This document shows positions 1 through 13,465 of a DNA stretch of 52,961 nucleotides, one piece after another. The stretch spans positions 1 to 52,961 of the forward strand of contig JAQGDQ010001240.1 in NCBI GenBank assembly GCA_030141605.1. Direction: 5' to 3'. Positions within the stretch are counted from its first letter, which is position 1; each line of letters starts with the position of its first letter. The notes under the pieces were generated by a model. The model ran no database searches and was not told the origin of the DNA. It saw only the letters and a list, made by a program, of their open reading frames with translations. Origin of the DNA: Tubiluchus corallicola (lineage: Eukaryota; Animalia; Priapulida). Both the position numbers and the translations under genes were made by a program.

Positions 1-35
<35 letters not shown>

Positions 36-59
36 CGTGCACACACACACACACACACA
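1..59. repeat. (CA)n microsatellite
   Basis: Near-perfect AC dinucleotide run. Confidence 0.97.
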
Positions 60-278
60 TATTACCTATATACAACATGAACAACAAAGTACAACATACC
101 CATCGTTCCACCTTTGGTACCGAAAGCCTGTTGCTTCCCAAATGAATTTTAAAATCTTTTCCTGTTTTTTTCCTAAAAAGTAAAACATTTTTAAATCTAC
201 CAAACATTTTACTTGCGTAATTAAGCAAATTAAAACAAAAGAGGCTTTATTGCGCACACCTTTAGGTTCATAACCACC

Positions 279-1383
279 ATGTTTACCATCGCCGTGCTTA
301 CCACTGCAACGTTTACCACCACTATGCTCACCACAGCCACGTCACCACCACCATGCTCACCACAGCCACGTCACCACCACTATGCTCACCACAGCCATGT
401 TCACCACCACTATGCTCACCACTGCAACGTTTACCACCACTATGCTCACCACTGCCACGTTCACCACCACTATGCTCACCACAGCCATGTTCACCACCAC
501 TATGCTCACCACAGCCATGTTCACCACCACTATGCTCACCACTGTAACGTTTACCACCACTATGCTCACCACTGCCACGTTCACCACCACTATGCTCACC
601 ACTGCCACGTTCACCACCACTATGCTCACCACAGCCATGTTCACCACCACTATGCTCACCACAGCCATGTTCACCACCACTATGCTCACCACTGCAACGT
701 TTACCACCACTATCCTCACCACAGCCATGTTCACCACCACTATGCTCACCACAGCCACGTTCACCACCACTATGCTCACCACTGCCACGTTTACCACCAC
801 TATGCTCACCACAGCCATGTTCACCACCACTATGCTCACCACAGCCACGTTCACCAGCACTATGCTCACCACTGCCACGTTTACCACCACTATGCTTACT
901 GCCACGTTCACCACCACTATGCTCACCACTGCAACGTTCACCACCACTATCCTCACCACTGCCACGTTCACCACCACTATGCTCACCACTGCCATGTTTA
1001 CCACCACTATGCTCACCACTGCCACGTTCACCACCACTATGCTCACAACTGCCACGTTCACCACCACCATGCTCACCACTGCCACGTTTACCACCACTAT
1101 GCTTACCACATTCACCACCACTATACTTACCACGTTCACCACCACTATGCTTACCACTGCCACGTTCACCACCACTATGCTTACCACTGCCACGTTCACC
1201 ACCACTATGCTTACCACTGCCACGTTCACCACCACTATGCTTACCACTGCCACGTTCACCACCACTATGCTCACAACTGCCACGTTCACCACCACTATGC
1301 TTACTACTGCCACGTTCACCACCACTATGCTCACAACTGCCACGTTCACCACCACTATGCTTACCACTGCCACGTTCGCCACC
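279..1383. repeat. 30-bp minisatellite
   Basis: Unit CACCACTATGCTCACCACTGCCACGTTCAC repeated >30 times; explains the His/Thr/Val-rich ORFs on both strands. Confidence 0.95.
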
Positions 1384-2491
1384 GGCATGATTTTGATTTT
1401 GTAGGCCCCTTGGCTACAGTGTTCACCACCATGGTATGAACCACCACCATGATTACCATCGACAAGTTCACTACAAGGACAGATTAAGGTGTGGACTTTA
1501 TGGGCTGCAAACCAATGACCTCCAGTAATTAAGTTCAATTAATTCACTGTGAAATTCTCTATCCAGCCTTAATAGCTATATTTGTGCCTTTGGTCACCAA
1601 GCTGATTTTAATCATTTTAGCATTGTGACTAGAGCTACAAATAACTGGTACCCTAATAACCTTCTCTTAATGTACAAAGCAATGTATCAATTTCTTTATT
1701 GGTCTGTTTGCTTATTCATTACCTATTGGCTTCTTTTAACTACATAATTAATGTATCATATTGTACTAGACACCCCTCTCATGCAGAATTTAAGTTTCTG
1801 TTGATGCAAAGTTATGCCTCTGGCCTGTATGAGAGCTGTTGTATCCACCCTTTTCCTGCTCCAGTTAGTGCAATCCACGACAGTGTAAACTGTATTTCTT
1901 CATTGTTTTTAAATCTATTTCGTGTAATTTGCCAATAAAGCTATCGTTTTTCTTATACATCATTCTGTTGATTTGCGGATGGATGTCAGAAGAGTTATAG
2001 ACTGCTTGGCCTCCGCATCTGCTGCTACCAAACCAACTTCGATAGTTTTACCTCATGTCTACGAGGTATCGCCGGCAGTTCAATATTTTGCTTATCATTT
2101 AGTGTGTATTTTGTAAATATATGAATAACCTCTTTTTGTTTCGTTATCATGGCACGCATCTATGTGGGCCTATTGTTGACATTATGTTGTAGAAGTTGAA
2201 TAAACTGATTTGAGGAATCCAACATTCATGCTTTTGTTAATTGTCACTGGAGGCTGCGGCCTCACAGTATCTGTAGCCAAGGGAACTACAGAATCAAAAT
2301 CGTGCTGTATGTCTAAAAGATGTAAATTCCTTCAACATAAAAAACTGTTTCCTTTCTGAGTCATCCAACTAGTCGGGCACAATGAGCAAAGGGAATGTAT
2401 TTTAAATTCATGATTAAAGATTATCATCAGTTTAAGATTAATCCTGATTATTTTCATTATTAGAGATGATTAGAGAAGATCTCCTTAGCCA

Positions 2492-3063
2492 GAAGCCGAG
2501 TTATGTGGGGCACATCAGGCTACGATTAGCTGATGTTTGACCCACTTAAGAGCATGTGTCACGTAGAAGTTCAGTGCGCACCGGGAAACTACACAAAGGG
2601 ACTTGAAGCCGAGTTATGTGGGGCACATCAGGCTACGATTAGCTGATGTTTGACCCACTTAAGAGCATGTGTCACGTAGAAGTTCAGTGCGCACCAGGAA
2701 ACTACACAAAGGGACTTGGAGCCGAGTTATGTGGGGCACATCAGGCTACGATTAGCTGATGTTTGACCCACTTAAGAGCACGCGTCACATAGAAGTTCAG
2801 TGCGCACCAGGAAACTACACATAGGGACTTGGAGCCGAGTTATGTGGGGCACATCAGGCAACGATTGGCTGATGTTTGACCCACTTAAGAGCACGCGTCA
2901 CATAGAAGTTCAGTGCGCACCAGGAAACTACACAAAGGGACTTAAAGCCGAGTTATGTGGGGCACATCAGGCTACGATTAGCTGATGTTTGACCCACTTA
3001 AGAGCACGCGTCACATAGAAGTTCAGTGCGCACCAGGAAACTACACAAAGGGACATGAAGCCG
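2492..3063. repeat. 113-bp tandem repeat, 5 units
   Basis: G(A/G)AGCCGAGTTATGTGGGG-type unit start recurs at 2492, 2605, 2718, 2831 and 2944. Confidence 0.95.
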
Positions 3064-3300
3064 GCAATTCAGGGGTGATTAGGAAGTTGAGGGCTAGCAC
3101 ATGTTCCTCGCTATTTATACTTTATATTTATAGATTTCCTAGTTTGCTGTGCCATCTCGGCTGTTCACAACGCATCACGAGCCATAACAGCTATAAACTA
3201 TTACAAACTCAAAACTTTACTCAATGAATCATTTGACACAGAACTTTTGTGTTAGACACGTGACCTTTCAAGTCACATTATTGCATTACAATATACTTGC

Positions 3301-5215
3301 CCGTGAACACAATGTGCAGCAGTTAAAATCCACTTGCTATTGATGAGGAATCCTCCGCATATACCGGAGCTTATTAGTCCAACCTGTTATCGCAAAAACA
3401 CAAATTCATTGAGACAGTGCTAATATTGAATCAAAGAAATTGAGATTCTGCTCCAATGACCTCTTCTGGTAAAGTGCAAAGTTACATTAAAAAAATAAAT
3501 AAACTAACAACCTCATATGAGCTTTCAATTCTTGTTTCTACTGTAATACAAGGACGTTAGCAAACCAATTTGCCTCGTTTTTTGCGCATTTGAATATGTC
3601 TAGAAATTTATGAAAACCAATGTAAAAATTGGTCCCTGAAATGCGATAACCAAAGTGGTTATGCTAGGTACGAGCACATGTTATACTGAAGCATATCGCT
3701 AAGCAGCGGCCGACCAGCTAAATGGCACGTGGCATTTGTTAGTAATTTAGTCTGTACTAGAGAGAAAAGAGTTATGTAATAAATGTGAAAAAGGGAAAGT
3801 CAGGTAGGCCAGTGAGAAAAGGACAGCGTTAAAAAACAGTTTGGAGAAAGAGGGTCATGTGGGCAGGTTCACACATCATAGCTTTAATTTTTGAGAGGTG
3901 ATTTTATTTCATTTTTGTAAAAGTGTAATTAGTAATTATAAATGGTTGCGTTAATGGAGAGAAATTTAGCATACGTATAGTTATAATATTTTGCAAGGAA
4001 TATGTTATGAAAGAAGTAAGGAATACAAAAACACGAATACAAATACAGGTTTTTTGGAGTCCTCAGGAGGAGACTTGAGAGTCGAATTTCGGCTGCTTAT
4101 GTGTTAGCGTTAAATTGATTCAATTGTCAAAGCAACAAATCTAATCTACAATTCTAACATTTACCTGAAATGGAAATTCTCTCCCATCAACAATTTCGCC
4201 ACCAATAATCTTAGGTTCTGGGAGCGTAAATCCTGTAAATGTAATACGCACTACTTACGTTAATTCAATCATATTGCAGCTAAAACAGCCATAGACAAAA
4301 AATCCACTGTCACTTTAAAGACTTAGAGTACAAATTGAATAAAATAGCGCTACTGAGAAGTCCTTTGTTCAGGGGGACTGCTTATGTTACTTGATTTTAA
4401 TTCAAATATGAATAATCTATTACACCATTTAGAGGTCATATCTCAAGGACAGCAATTAGTCCCCAAGTTGCATATAATGACGTTCCAAAAATCACAGGGA
4501 TAATTCCCCTCTCTCCGAAACTGCACCAAAAAAATTTGTCTCAAAGATTAAAAGTGAATGATTTTATAAAACTTTTAAGAATGTCGTACTTACTGAAACA
4601 CTGACTTACTTACTCAACCACTGACTTACTTACTGAACCCCAGATTTACATATTGAACCACTGACTTTATTAGTGAATCGCTAACCACTAACTTATTTAC
4701 TGAACAACTGACCTACTTACTAAACCAGTTACTTACTTACTAAACCAGTGACCTACTTACTAAACCAGTGACCTACTTACTAAACCAGTGACCTACTTAC
4801 TAAACCAGTGACCTACTTACTAAACCAGTTACTTACTTACTAAACCAGTGACTTACTTACTAAACCAGTGACCTACTTACTAAACCAGTGACCTGCTTAC
4901 TAAACCAGTGACCTACTTACTAAACCAGTGACCTACTTACTAAACCAGTGACCTACTTACTAAACCAGTGACCTACTTACTAAACCAGTGACCTACTTAC
5001 TAAACCAGTGACTTACTTACTAAACCAGTGACTTACTTACTAAACCAGTGACATACTGACTGAAGCACTGATTTACTTAGTGAACGAACCACTATTTTTC
5101 ATTTAGCATTTCAGTGACCATTAATAAATATTATCTTACCAGGAGAACGTTCTGCGAATCTTCCAAAAGGAGACGCCCTGTTTGCTGACGTTGTAGTTTG
5201 AGATGTTCTTCTTCC
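3301..5215 (-). CDS. Trypsin-family (S1A) serine protease, partial: exons 5215-5140, 4232-4165, 3383-3301
   Basis: Spliced translation GRRTSQTTTSANRASPFGRFAERSPG-FTLPEPK/IIGGEIVDGREFPFQ-VGLISSGICGGFLINSKWILTAAHCVHG. Contains the IIGG activation site, CGG and the TAAHC catalytic-His motif. Splice phases are compatible. Asp/Ser exons and the 5' exon were not located. Confidence 0.85.
4590..5080. repeat. 20-bp minisatellite (intronic)
   Basis: TACTAAACCAGTGACCTACT units with degenerate edges. Confidence 0.93.
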
Positions 5216-6817
5216 CTGAGAAACAGTAGAGAGCAAAAGCCATGTTGCAATGCAGAGTAATGTTGGAACGATTGCTAGATGGCACATCTTTCCTGAGAAA
5301 CAGTAGAGAGCAAAAGCCATGTTGCAATGCAGAGTAATGTTGGAACGATTGCTAGATGGCACATCTTCCCTGAGAAACAGTAGAGAGCAAAAGCCATGTT
5401 GCAATGCAGAGTAATGTTGGAACGATTGCTAGATGGCACATCTTCCCTGAGAAACAGTAGAGAGCAAAAGCCATGTTGCAATGCAGACTAATGTTGGAAC
5501 GATTGCTAGACAGTAGAGAGCAAAAGCCATGTTGCAATGCAGAGTAATATTGGAACGATTACTAGACAGTAGAGAGCAAAAGCCATGTTGCAATGCAGAC
5601 TAATGTTGGAACGATTGCTAGACAGTAGAGAGCAAAAGCCATGTTGCAATGCAGAGTAATGTTGGAACGATTACTAGACAGTAGAGAGCAAAAGCCATGT
5701 TGCAATGCAGACTAATGTTGGAACGATTGCTAGACAGTAGAGAGCAAAAGCCATGTTGCAATGCAGACTAATGTTGGAACGATTACTAGATGGCACATCT
5801 TCCCTGAGAAACAGTAGAGAGCAAAAGCCATGTTGCAATGCAGACTAATGTTGGAACGATTGCTAGACAGTAGAGAGCAAAAGCCATGTTGCAATGCAGA
5901 CTAATATTGGAACGATTACTAGACAGTAGAGAGCAAAAGCCATGTTGCAATGCAGACTAATGTTGGAACGATTACTAGATGGCACATCTTCCCTGAGAAA
6001 CAGTAGAGAGCAAAAGCCATGTTGCAATGCAGAATAATATTGGAACGATTGCTAGATGGCACATCTTCCCTGAGAAACAGTAGAGAGCAAAAGCCATGTT
6101 GCAATGCAGACTAATGTTGGAACGATTGCTAGACAGTAGAGAGCAAAAGCCATGTTGCAATGCAGAGTAATGTTGGAACGATTACTAGACAGTAGAGAGC
6201 AAAAGCCATGTTGCAATGCAGACTAATGTTGGAACGATTGCTAGACAGTAGAGAGCAAAAGCCATGTTGCAATGCAGAGTAATGTTGGAACGATTACTAG
6301 ATGGCACATCTTCCCTGAGAAACAGTAGAGAGCAAAAGCCATGTTGCAATGCAGGGTAATGTTGGAACGATTGCTAGATGGCACATCAGTAGAGAGCAAA
6401 AGCCATGTTGCAATGCAGAGTAATGTTGTTCTTCCCTGAGAAACAGTAGAGAGCAAAAGCCATGTTGCAATGCAGAGTAATGTTGGAACGATTGCTAGAT
6501 GGCACATCTTCCCTGAGAAACAGTAGAGAGCAAAAGCCATGTTGCAATGCAGAGTAATGTTGGAACGATTGCTAGATGGCACATCTTCCCTGAGAAACAG
6601 TAGAGAGCAAAAGCCATGTTGCAATGCAGAGTAATGTTGGAACGATTGCTAGATGGCACATCTTCCCTGAGAAACAGTAGAGAGCAAAAGCCATGTTGCA
6701 ATGCAGAGTAATGTTGGAACGATTACTAGATGGCACATCTTCCCTGAGAAACAGTAGAGAACAAAAGCCATGTTGCAATGCAGAGTAATATTGGAACGAT
6801 TACTAGATGGCACATCT
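5211..6817. repeat. Compound 77/56-bp minisatellite
   Basis: 77-bp unit CTTCCCTGAGAAACAGTAGAGAGCAAAAGCCATG...GATGGCACAT interspersed with a 56-bp variant lacking 21 bp. Confidence 0.95.
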
Positions 6818-6904
6818 TTAACGTTTGTGATTTATTTCTCCTAAAAAATCTAAAATCATATTTTACACAAATCATCATTTATAATCGTTTGTGGGTCTCT
6901 TACA

Positions 6905-7245
6905 GAAAATCAACCATGGAGTAGCCAAGTTCTCACTTGGGATTCCCAAAATCAGCCATGGTGTAGCAAAAATCTAGCCTGTGATTCGCAAAATCAACAA
7001 TAGAGTAGCCAAAATCTAATCTGTGATTTACAAAATGAATCATGGAGTACCAAAATCTAGTTTGGGAATCACAAAATTAGTCATTAAGTAACCAAAATCT
7101 AGTTTGGCATTCACAAAATTAGTCATTAAGTAGCCAAAATCTAGTTTGGCATTCACAAAATTAGTCATTAAGTAGCCAAAATCTAGTTTGGGATTCACAA
7201 AATTAGTCATTAAGTAGCCAAAATCTAGCCTGAGAATCACAAAAT
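6905..7245. repeat. 42-bp minisatellite
   Basis: CAAAATTAGTCATTAAGTAGCCAAAATCTAGTTTGG(G/C)ATTCA units, degenerate on the left. Confidence 0.9.
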
Positions 7246-8115
7246 GAAAGAATCCACATTGATATGGAATTAATCAATAATTATTACAAATAAAATTGAG
7301 TTCCAAGGCAATTAAGCCACAAGCATTTCAATATACTGTGATCACAGCATTTATACAAGACAAAATTATACCCACCTTTTGTAAACAGGTTTCGTTTACA
7401 AATAATTTTCAATTTTGCTTGTAAAGTCAAGGGAACTGTTGAAAGCTTTCAGTGTGAAATTTATTGCATCATCATTGTTTTTGTTTGAAGTACCGGCTTA
7501 TAGATTAGAATAAAACAATACAATTGGATAGATTGTTCCAAATACGTTTTTGTTATAATTTAGAATTCAAATTTAGAACACCAAACATCGAATACTACAG
7601 GAACATGCACAATTGCACGTACATAATATTTTTGCGTCAATATCGATATAATGGCACGGTATTTTACTCTTGGTACAAAGCTAAAATATTGAACATTATT
7701 GTCAATACTATTGTAATTATTGTATTTCTGCATGCCGCCTAAAATAGTCATCATCTGCACGCTTCATAAACACGGGCAGCAAAATGTCACGTGTGGTGAC
7801 AAAAATTAATAACTTTGCAGTTTAATAATTATTCAATGGAATCAATGCTTTTCTATTTCATCTTGCGTCTGCAAAAGTTTTCTGCATTTTACCGCCTGTT
7901 ATAGAACATATTACAAATTTATTTTAAATAACTATTGAACTATTTAAATAACTTTCAATAATTTCTTGCATTATTGATAATTGTGCCCAATAGCACCTGT
8001 AGAAACTTGTTAAAAAATTGCTCATATTAAAAAGTTGTTAAATGCCATTTTGATGGATTCTGTCTGCGTATTGTCTGTTTAGCATTAAATACCATAGCTA
8101 CTACAGTGTTGTCAT

Positions 8116-8492
8116 AGATATCTACACGAATGAAGTTATGTTTGTCTATGAATATTTTTATCAGATATCTACACGAATGAAGTTATGTTTGTCTATGAAT
8201 ATTTTTATCAGATATCTACGGGAATGAAGTTATGTTTGTCTATGAATATTTTTATCAGATACCTACGGGAATGAAGTTATGTTTGTCTATGAATATTTTT
8301 ATCAGATATCTACAGGAATGAAGTTATGTTTGTCTATGAATATTTTTATCAGATATCTACAGAATGAAGTTATGTTTGTCTATGAATATTTTTATCAGAT
8401 ATCTACAGAATGAAGTTATGTTTGTCTATGAATATTTTTATCAGATATCTACAAAATGAAGTTATGTTTGTCTATGAATATTTTTATCAGAT
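8116..8492. repeat. 46-47-bp minisatellite, ~8 units
   Basis: AGATATCTAC..GAATGAAGTTATGTTTGTCTATGAATATTTTTATC. Confidence 0.93.
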
Positions 8493-8941
8493 TGCTAACA
8501 CATTTAAACAAGCACAAAAAGCCAAAATGATTAAACAATTGGCTTTCATTTTCGAAGCAGATGCAAATATATGATGCAAATATACAAATATATTTATGAT
8601 AAACGATAGTGTATGAAACATAACAATTTAATACAGTAGATGTAATAATTTTGATGTCACTGTGTGCTTTATATTGTACTGAATGTGATAATAATAATAA
8701 TAATAATAATACAGTAAATAAATAATACTTCTAACTCAGAATCCATTATTTCCAGCGTATCCACACTCTTTAATTTCAAGAAATAGTTGGGCAATTTTCT
8801 GTCCAGATACCTTGCTATACTAAAATGCTGAATGTAGTAAGGAAGTGAATGTAATATCTCAATTAAATCAACTGTAGAGAGCTTACTGGTGAAACCACAT
8901 GCAACATGGCAACCAGTCGTAGACGATTTACGAAAGATCAT

Positions 8942-11900
8942 TTACGGAAGAATCATTCCACAGTTTATCTTCTAGCATTCAATAAAATCTCCAATATTTC
9001 TTTCTTTCACTGTGGGTGGCTCTATAGGGTGGCTCTACAGAGTCAATTATTGACCTTTTCCAGTTTTTGTCCTTCGTCCACTCCATGCTGCAATCACAGT
9101 ACAGTGGATTTTCTGAAAGTGGGTTATTTATTGATAACTTTTATTGTGCGCCAAGAGAGTCAGTTATTCATCACACTGATGGAGCTGCAGCGTCGACTGT
9201 GGCTGAGCAGTGCGATCCTTGAACGTCTCCAGGGAACACGCCTGGGCAAGGTGTATGGAGATCCTGAGTTGCACAGACAACAGGAACCCCCTCTCTTCCT
9301 CCCTGGTGTAGTCCAAAGGAAAGCGGAGCGATACGTTTGGCACCAGGTTGGCTTTTGGAGTCAGTGAGCATGCTGCACTGGTCCGCCTTCCGGGCTCCAC
9401 TCCTGATTTGGAAGGTTTACACATGGCCGTTGGGGTCACTTGACCTCCTCCGCCCTCTAGCCGTTGGCTGCTTGTGCAGCTCCTCCGCCTAGTGTCGAGA
9501 TACAGTGTGGGCATCCAGCATAGTACTAAGGAAAATACTATAACGATAATATGCAAAACAGCCACTGTTGTTTGCCACTGTCGAATATTCGAAAAGCTTA
9601 TAAAGACACTATCACAGAGATGATAAAGCCTGGAAAAAATAGAAATACTTAGGAAGTCTATTAGCTGTTGAAGAAAGACATCAAAAGAAAAGAAATATTA
9701 CCACTAGCAACATTCTGAAGTTGCTTTTCAAAGATTTGTACGAGAAAATCAAATAAGAAAAATAGACTAGGAATTTAAACACGGAAAATTTAAAATTATC
9801 AACTCGGGATTGATGTTTTTCAAAGACAGCGATAAAACCAAGTCAGAAAAAAGGACCAGGAAATTGTTACCAAACAAAAGGGCTTATAAATTAGATAACG
9901 TACCTTTTTCTGGCGAATTTCAGCAAAAAATAAAAAAAACAAGTTTTACAGTAAATTTCTAATAAAACAAATGGAACATTTGATTACCTGTAAGTGATAT
10001 TATCACATTAGATGACGCTGTTTGTTGTGGCAACATTGGCATTAGTTTACCTATCACTTACTTACTACATATCTACATGCGTTAAACTAGTCCCTGATAT
10101 CTCCAACATCGCTATCCTTCCATTGTTGTTTAGATCCAAGTTTGCGTTAATAAGTTTTGGACATCCAATTATATGAACACGTTCGACATACTTCATATTT
10201 ATATTATATATATATATATTATATTAATTCTTTATTTGTCATTAAAATGGCTCACTCATTATAATAAAATTGAGTAAGCCTCAGCGTAATGTTAAAATAA
10301 CAACACTGTTCAAGACAAATGCATCCAGTGCATATTAAAAAAAACTAAAGTGCAAAACTAAGGCCTAATTATATACAGTAAATGAACATATTTACAAACA
10401 CAATATTAAAATATTTTTACAAAACAATATTACAAAAGTACATTAAATTTTACATGACATATTTTACACTATATATACATTTGACATGACACAATTAACA
10501 GAAACATGCTTTAAATAAATTTCACTCATTACATTTACACTATTTATACATTTGACATTACAAAACTAACATAACACGTATTACATTACATATTTTTTTT
10601 AAAAAAATTACATTTTTAATCGTTTTAAAAATGCTTTTAGATGAATGTAAATTTAATTAACATTGTTAATTAGCCATATGGATGATGTGACATTAGCATT
10701 TATGAACTCCACATCCACCTTTTCAAGCTGTGACTGGATGATCCTTAGTTCATTGAACGACTTAGCCTGGAGGAAAAATGGCATCACCTGCATACTTACG
10801 CATTTCCAACAACTCCACTTTATCTGGCAAGCCATCATCTATCAGATCCAGATCATCCGTAACAAGTCTTTTATATTTACCACACACCACTCTGCACGGA
10901 TGTCTGGTAATTATGGAGCAGGAAATATGGTACACATCTTGGCCACATAAATCAGGATGCAATGGATCTATTGTGGAGGGGTGAACTGTTGTGGACCAAA
11001 CTGGAGCTGTTGGATCGATAAGCGAGCATATTATGTCAAAGTCTCTAAGAGTCACGTCTTTAATTCCTTGTTTCTGGCATTCGATTCTGGTGTGTTTCCA
11101 GTTCAGTACTTTTATCCACCGCATGGAGCAGTTGCAATCAAGTTGATTTGCTACAACGTAAATTGCAGTTCAATAAGGGATCAACACACATGATGCTAGA
11201 ACCCCATTATTTTGTGTATACCTCTGAAACTTTCCATTATTTTATGTATATTTCTGAAATCCTCCATTATTTTGTGTCTCTGGAATTTGCGGAAGATAGT
11301 CTCATAATTATCACGATTCGCCGAGCTAAAGCCGGGAAATTGGTTACACTAATGGTGCGCAAACTAGCGGTCAGCTCGCAAAACAGTGGACCGTGACTGT
11401 AGTAGGCGGGACTTTTATCTGTCCAGGATTTTGTCCGTTTTTTCCGATGTCCTTAAAAGCGAGGTCCGACAAGCGGAGATATGAGAGCATATTCTTAACT
11501 ACTATCTACTTAATGTTAACTACTTTACACATGTTTGCACACAAGCTATAAATAAAAATATATGAATACGTATATGAATATTCAAGCCTACGCACATGCA
11601 CGAATACATGCACTTGGCAACTTCGGAACTACTTACACAATAGATACAAAGAAAGATTTTCAGCTGAAATGTTTGGATGGAGTTGCAGTTTTGCTAAAAA
11701 ATTTGTTGCAGTTTTTGCAAAAGCAACTTTCGAAAGCCAAGGATTTTCTGAAAAATCAAGAGTGTCTATGTCCAAATGTTTCGATTCTGAAATGGATAAT
11801 TCTGTAAGGTTTTTCAGGTTATGAAAAGCTCTTGGCTACACTTCATTCAGCTCCTCATGTGAGTGTATATCCAGGTAAGTGACATCTCCGTGAAAGTCGT

Positions 11901-11955
11901 TCTCGTTTATCACTTCAAGATTCGACGTGGTTGCAAATGCCAAAGAAGTTATTTG
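8942..11955 (-). pseudogene. Extracellular leucine-rich-repeat protein pseudogene (exon remnants ~11955-11637, ~10196-9988, 9112-8942)
   Basis: Translations LEVINENDF..EV*PRAFHNLKNLTELSIS and IISLT|ENPLYCDCSMEW (LRRCT across a GT-AG intron, 9987-9113). Disabled by an in-frame TAG at 11838-11836, a 13-bp duplication near 9012-9037 and an LTR insertion at 11956. Confidence 0.7.
10640..11190 (-). mobile_element. Degraded non-LTR retrotransposon (CR1/L2-like) ORF2 3' fragment
   Basis: GIK..TLRDF..ICSLIDP..PVWS resembles the post-RT 'G.IKR...Y.SLVRP.LEY...VWS' motif. Confidence 0.45.
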
Positions 11956-12426
11956 AGTAAAGAGAAGATGCTAATTGTATGATTAGTATTAGTAGTTCAG
12001 TAATGAAACGACTCTATAAGGGGACATGAGAGATATGTAGAAATGAAGCCATGATTGATTTTAGGTGCGGCCGTCATGTGACCAGGTCTGCTGAGAGTTC
12101 CAAATATGGACATTGCCCGTCTGAGCCGTCAGGCTGGCAACAATTATAGCGCATGCGCTGTGAGTCTAAAAAGCTGAAGGAAGCCAAGTGGAATGAGACG
12201 GTAAGATCACGGCGGGATCTCCCGGAGACAAGAACAGGTCATGGGCGGTTTTGGCAGAGCTATGATATGTATTTTACCATGTAATCAATTATTAATCGCT
12301 CATCAATCCAGGTCTTATAGCTTTGTCACCACCTCACGTCAATAAACGGCTGCGGCCTCCTCAATAATCCACCAACAAGTACTACCACTATACGATACAG
12401 CTCATACACATAACTCATAAACTTTA
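11956..12426 (+). mobile_element. LTR, solo-like diverged copy
   Basis: Aligns end to end with LTR 34899-35371; starts AGTAAAGAGAAG; terminal CT missing; no PBS or gag follows. Confidence 0.88.
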
Positions 12427-12862
12427 ATCCAAAACTACTTGACAATGACGGTTGTTTGTCTTTCTTACCCATGAGGATCTCACCCAGTATCTATTTTCAT
12501 TTCATTTTCATTGAAAATCATCACTGTTATTAAAAAGGATAATGAAGGGAGGCGTGGCTTACGGCAGGCCACCCATAATGTTTTTTATAATAATTTTATG
12601 AAACAGTATAAATTAGTTGTTAATCGTTAGTGATTTTGTACACTAGTATTCTAAGATTAACAGCAACTGCTTGTTCCAAGGAAACAAACTATTATGACTC
12701 TATTTTAAATAGTGATTTAAAATAAACTTTTTCCATTTTGATTTGAAGATTGATACAGATTTCAATAATCTGACGCTCCACAGAATATTATTCCATATGA
12801 GGGAGTTATGGCATTTAATTAAGAATTTTCTTATATCAGTGATACATTGAATGTAACGATGA

Positions 12863-13034
12863 TTTACCATGTAATATATTATTGTGAAATAAATGTGTTA
12901 GTCGCTCATCAATCCAGATTTTATAGCTTTGTCACCACCTCACGTCAATAAACGGCTGCGGCCTCCTCAATAATCCACCAACAAGTACTACCACTATACG
13001 AAACAGCTCATAAACATAACTCATAAATTTTACT
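12863..13034 (+). mobile_element. 5'-truncated 5' LTR of copy A
   Basis: Matches the last ~170 bp of the family LTR and ends AAATTTTACT. Confidence 0.88.
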
Positions 13035-13051
13035 GGTACTTGTGACCAGTT
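13034..13051 (+). promoter_or_regulatory. Putative primer-binding site
   Basis: TGGTACTTGTGACCAGTT begins on the last LTR base (1-nt overlap as in errantiviruses); cognate tRNA not identified. Confidence 0.6.
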
Positions 13052-13465
13052 CCGATTTTTCTACACGGAGAGAGATTCTAGTAACCTGGCTTCATTGCGT
13101 TTTCACAAACAACGCTAATCCAAGCAAACATGAATAAAGCTGTTTATTGACGTAATTGATCTGCCACACATCTTGACGTCTACAACTTTGTCGTGAGTAC
13201 ATGCACGTTCTTTCTCCACCCTAATATTTTACTTATGTACCTTTCCTGGTTGTGTCAGTGAGTGTAAGAGATAACGGTTGCTTGTATTTTAAAGTCAAGG
13301 AGGGTTGTAGATAAACTCTAACTTGTATATCAAACATTTTGGAGGGTTGTAACTCTAACTTGAATATCAAGATTTTGGAGGGTTGTAAAAATTAATTCTA
13401 TAATGCACTGTAAATTGCGCAGCGCAAATAGATTTCTTAAATTTAATCTCTATTAAACTTTCTCA

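Noticed and set aside
279-1538. Long His-, Thr- and Val-rich ORFs
   Set aside because: Frames of a stop-free 30-bp minisatellite, open on both strands
2492-8492. CRISPR-like appearance of the repeat arrays
   Set aside because: Units are contiguous with no unique spacers; eukaryotic context; no cas genes
5215-9112. LRR-protease fusion gene
   Set aside because: The LRRCT exon appears to end in a stop near 8942, and no linking exons were found
9500-9630. GPCR TM6-like motif IIVIVFSLVLCWMP on the minus strand
   Set aside because: Isolated; no other TM helices or NPxxY motif found
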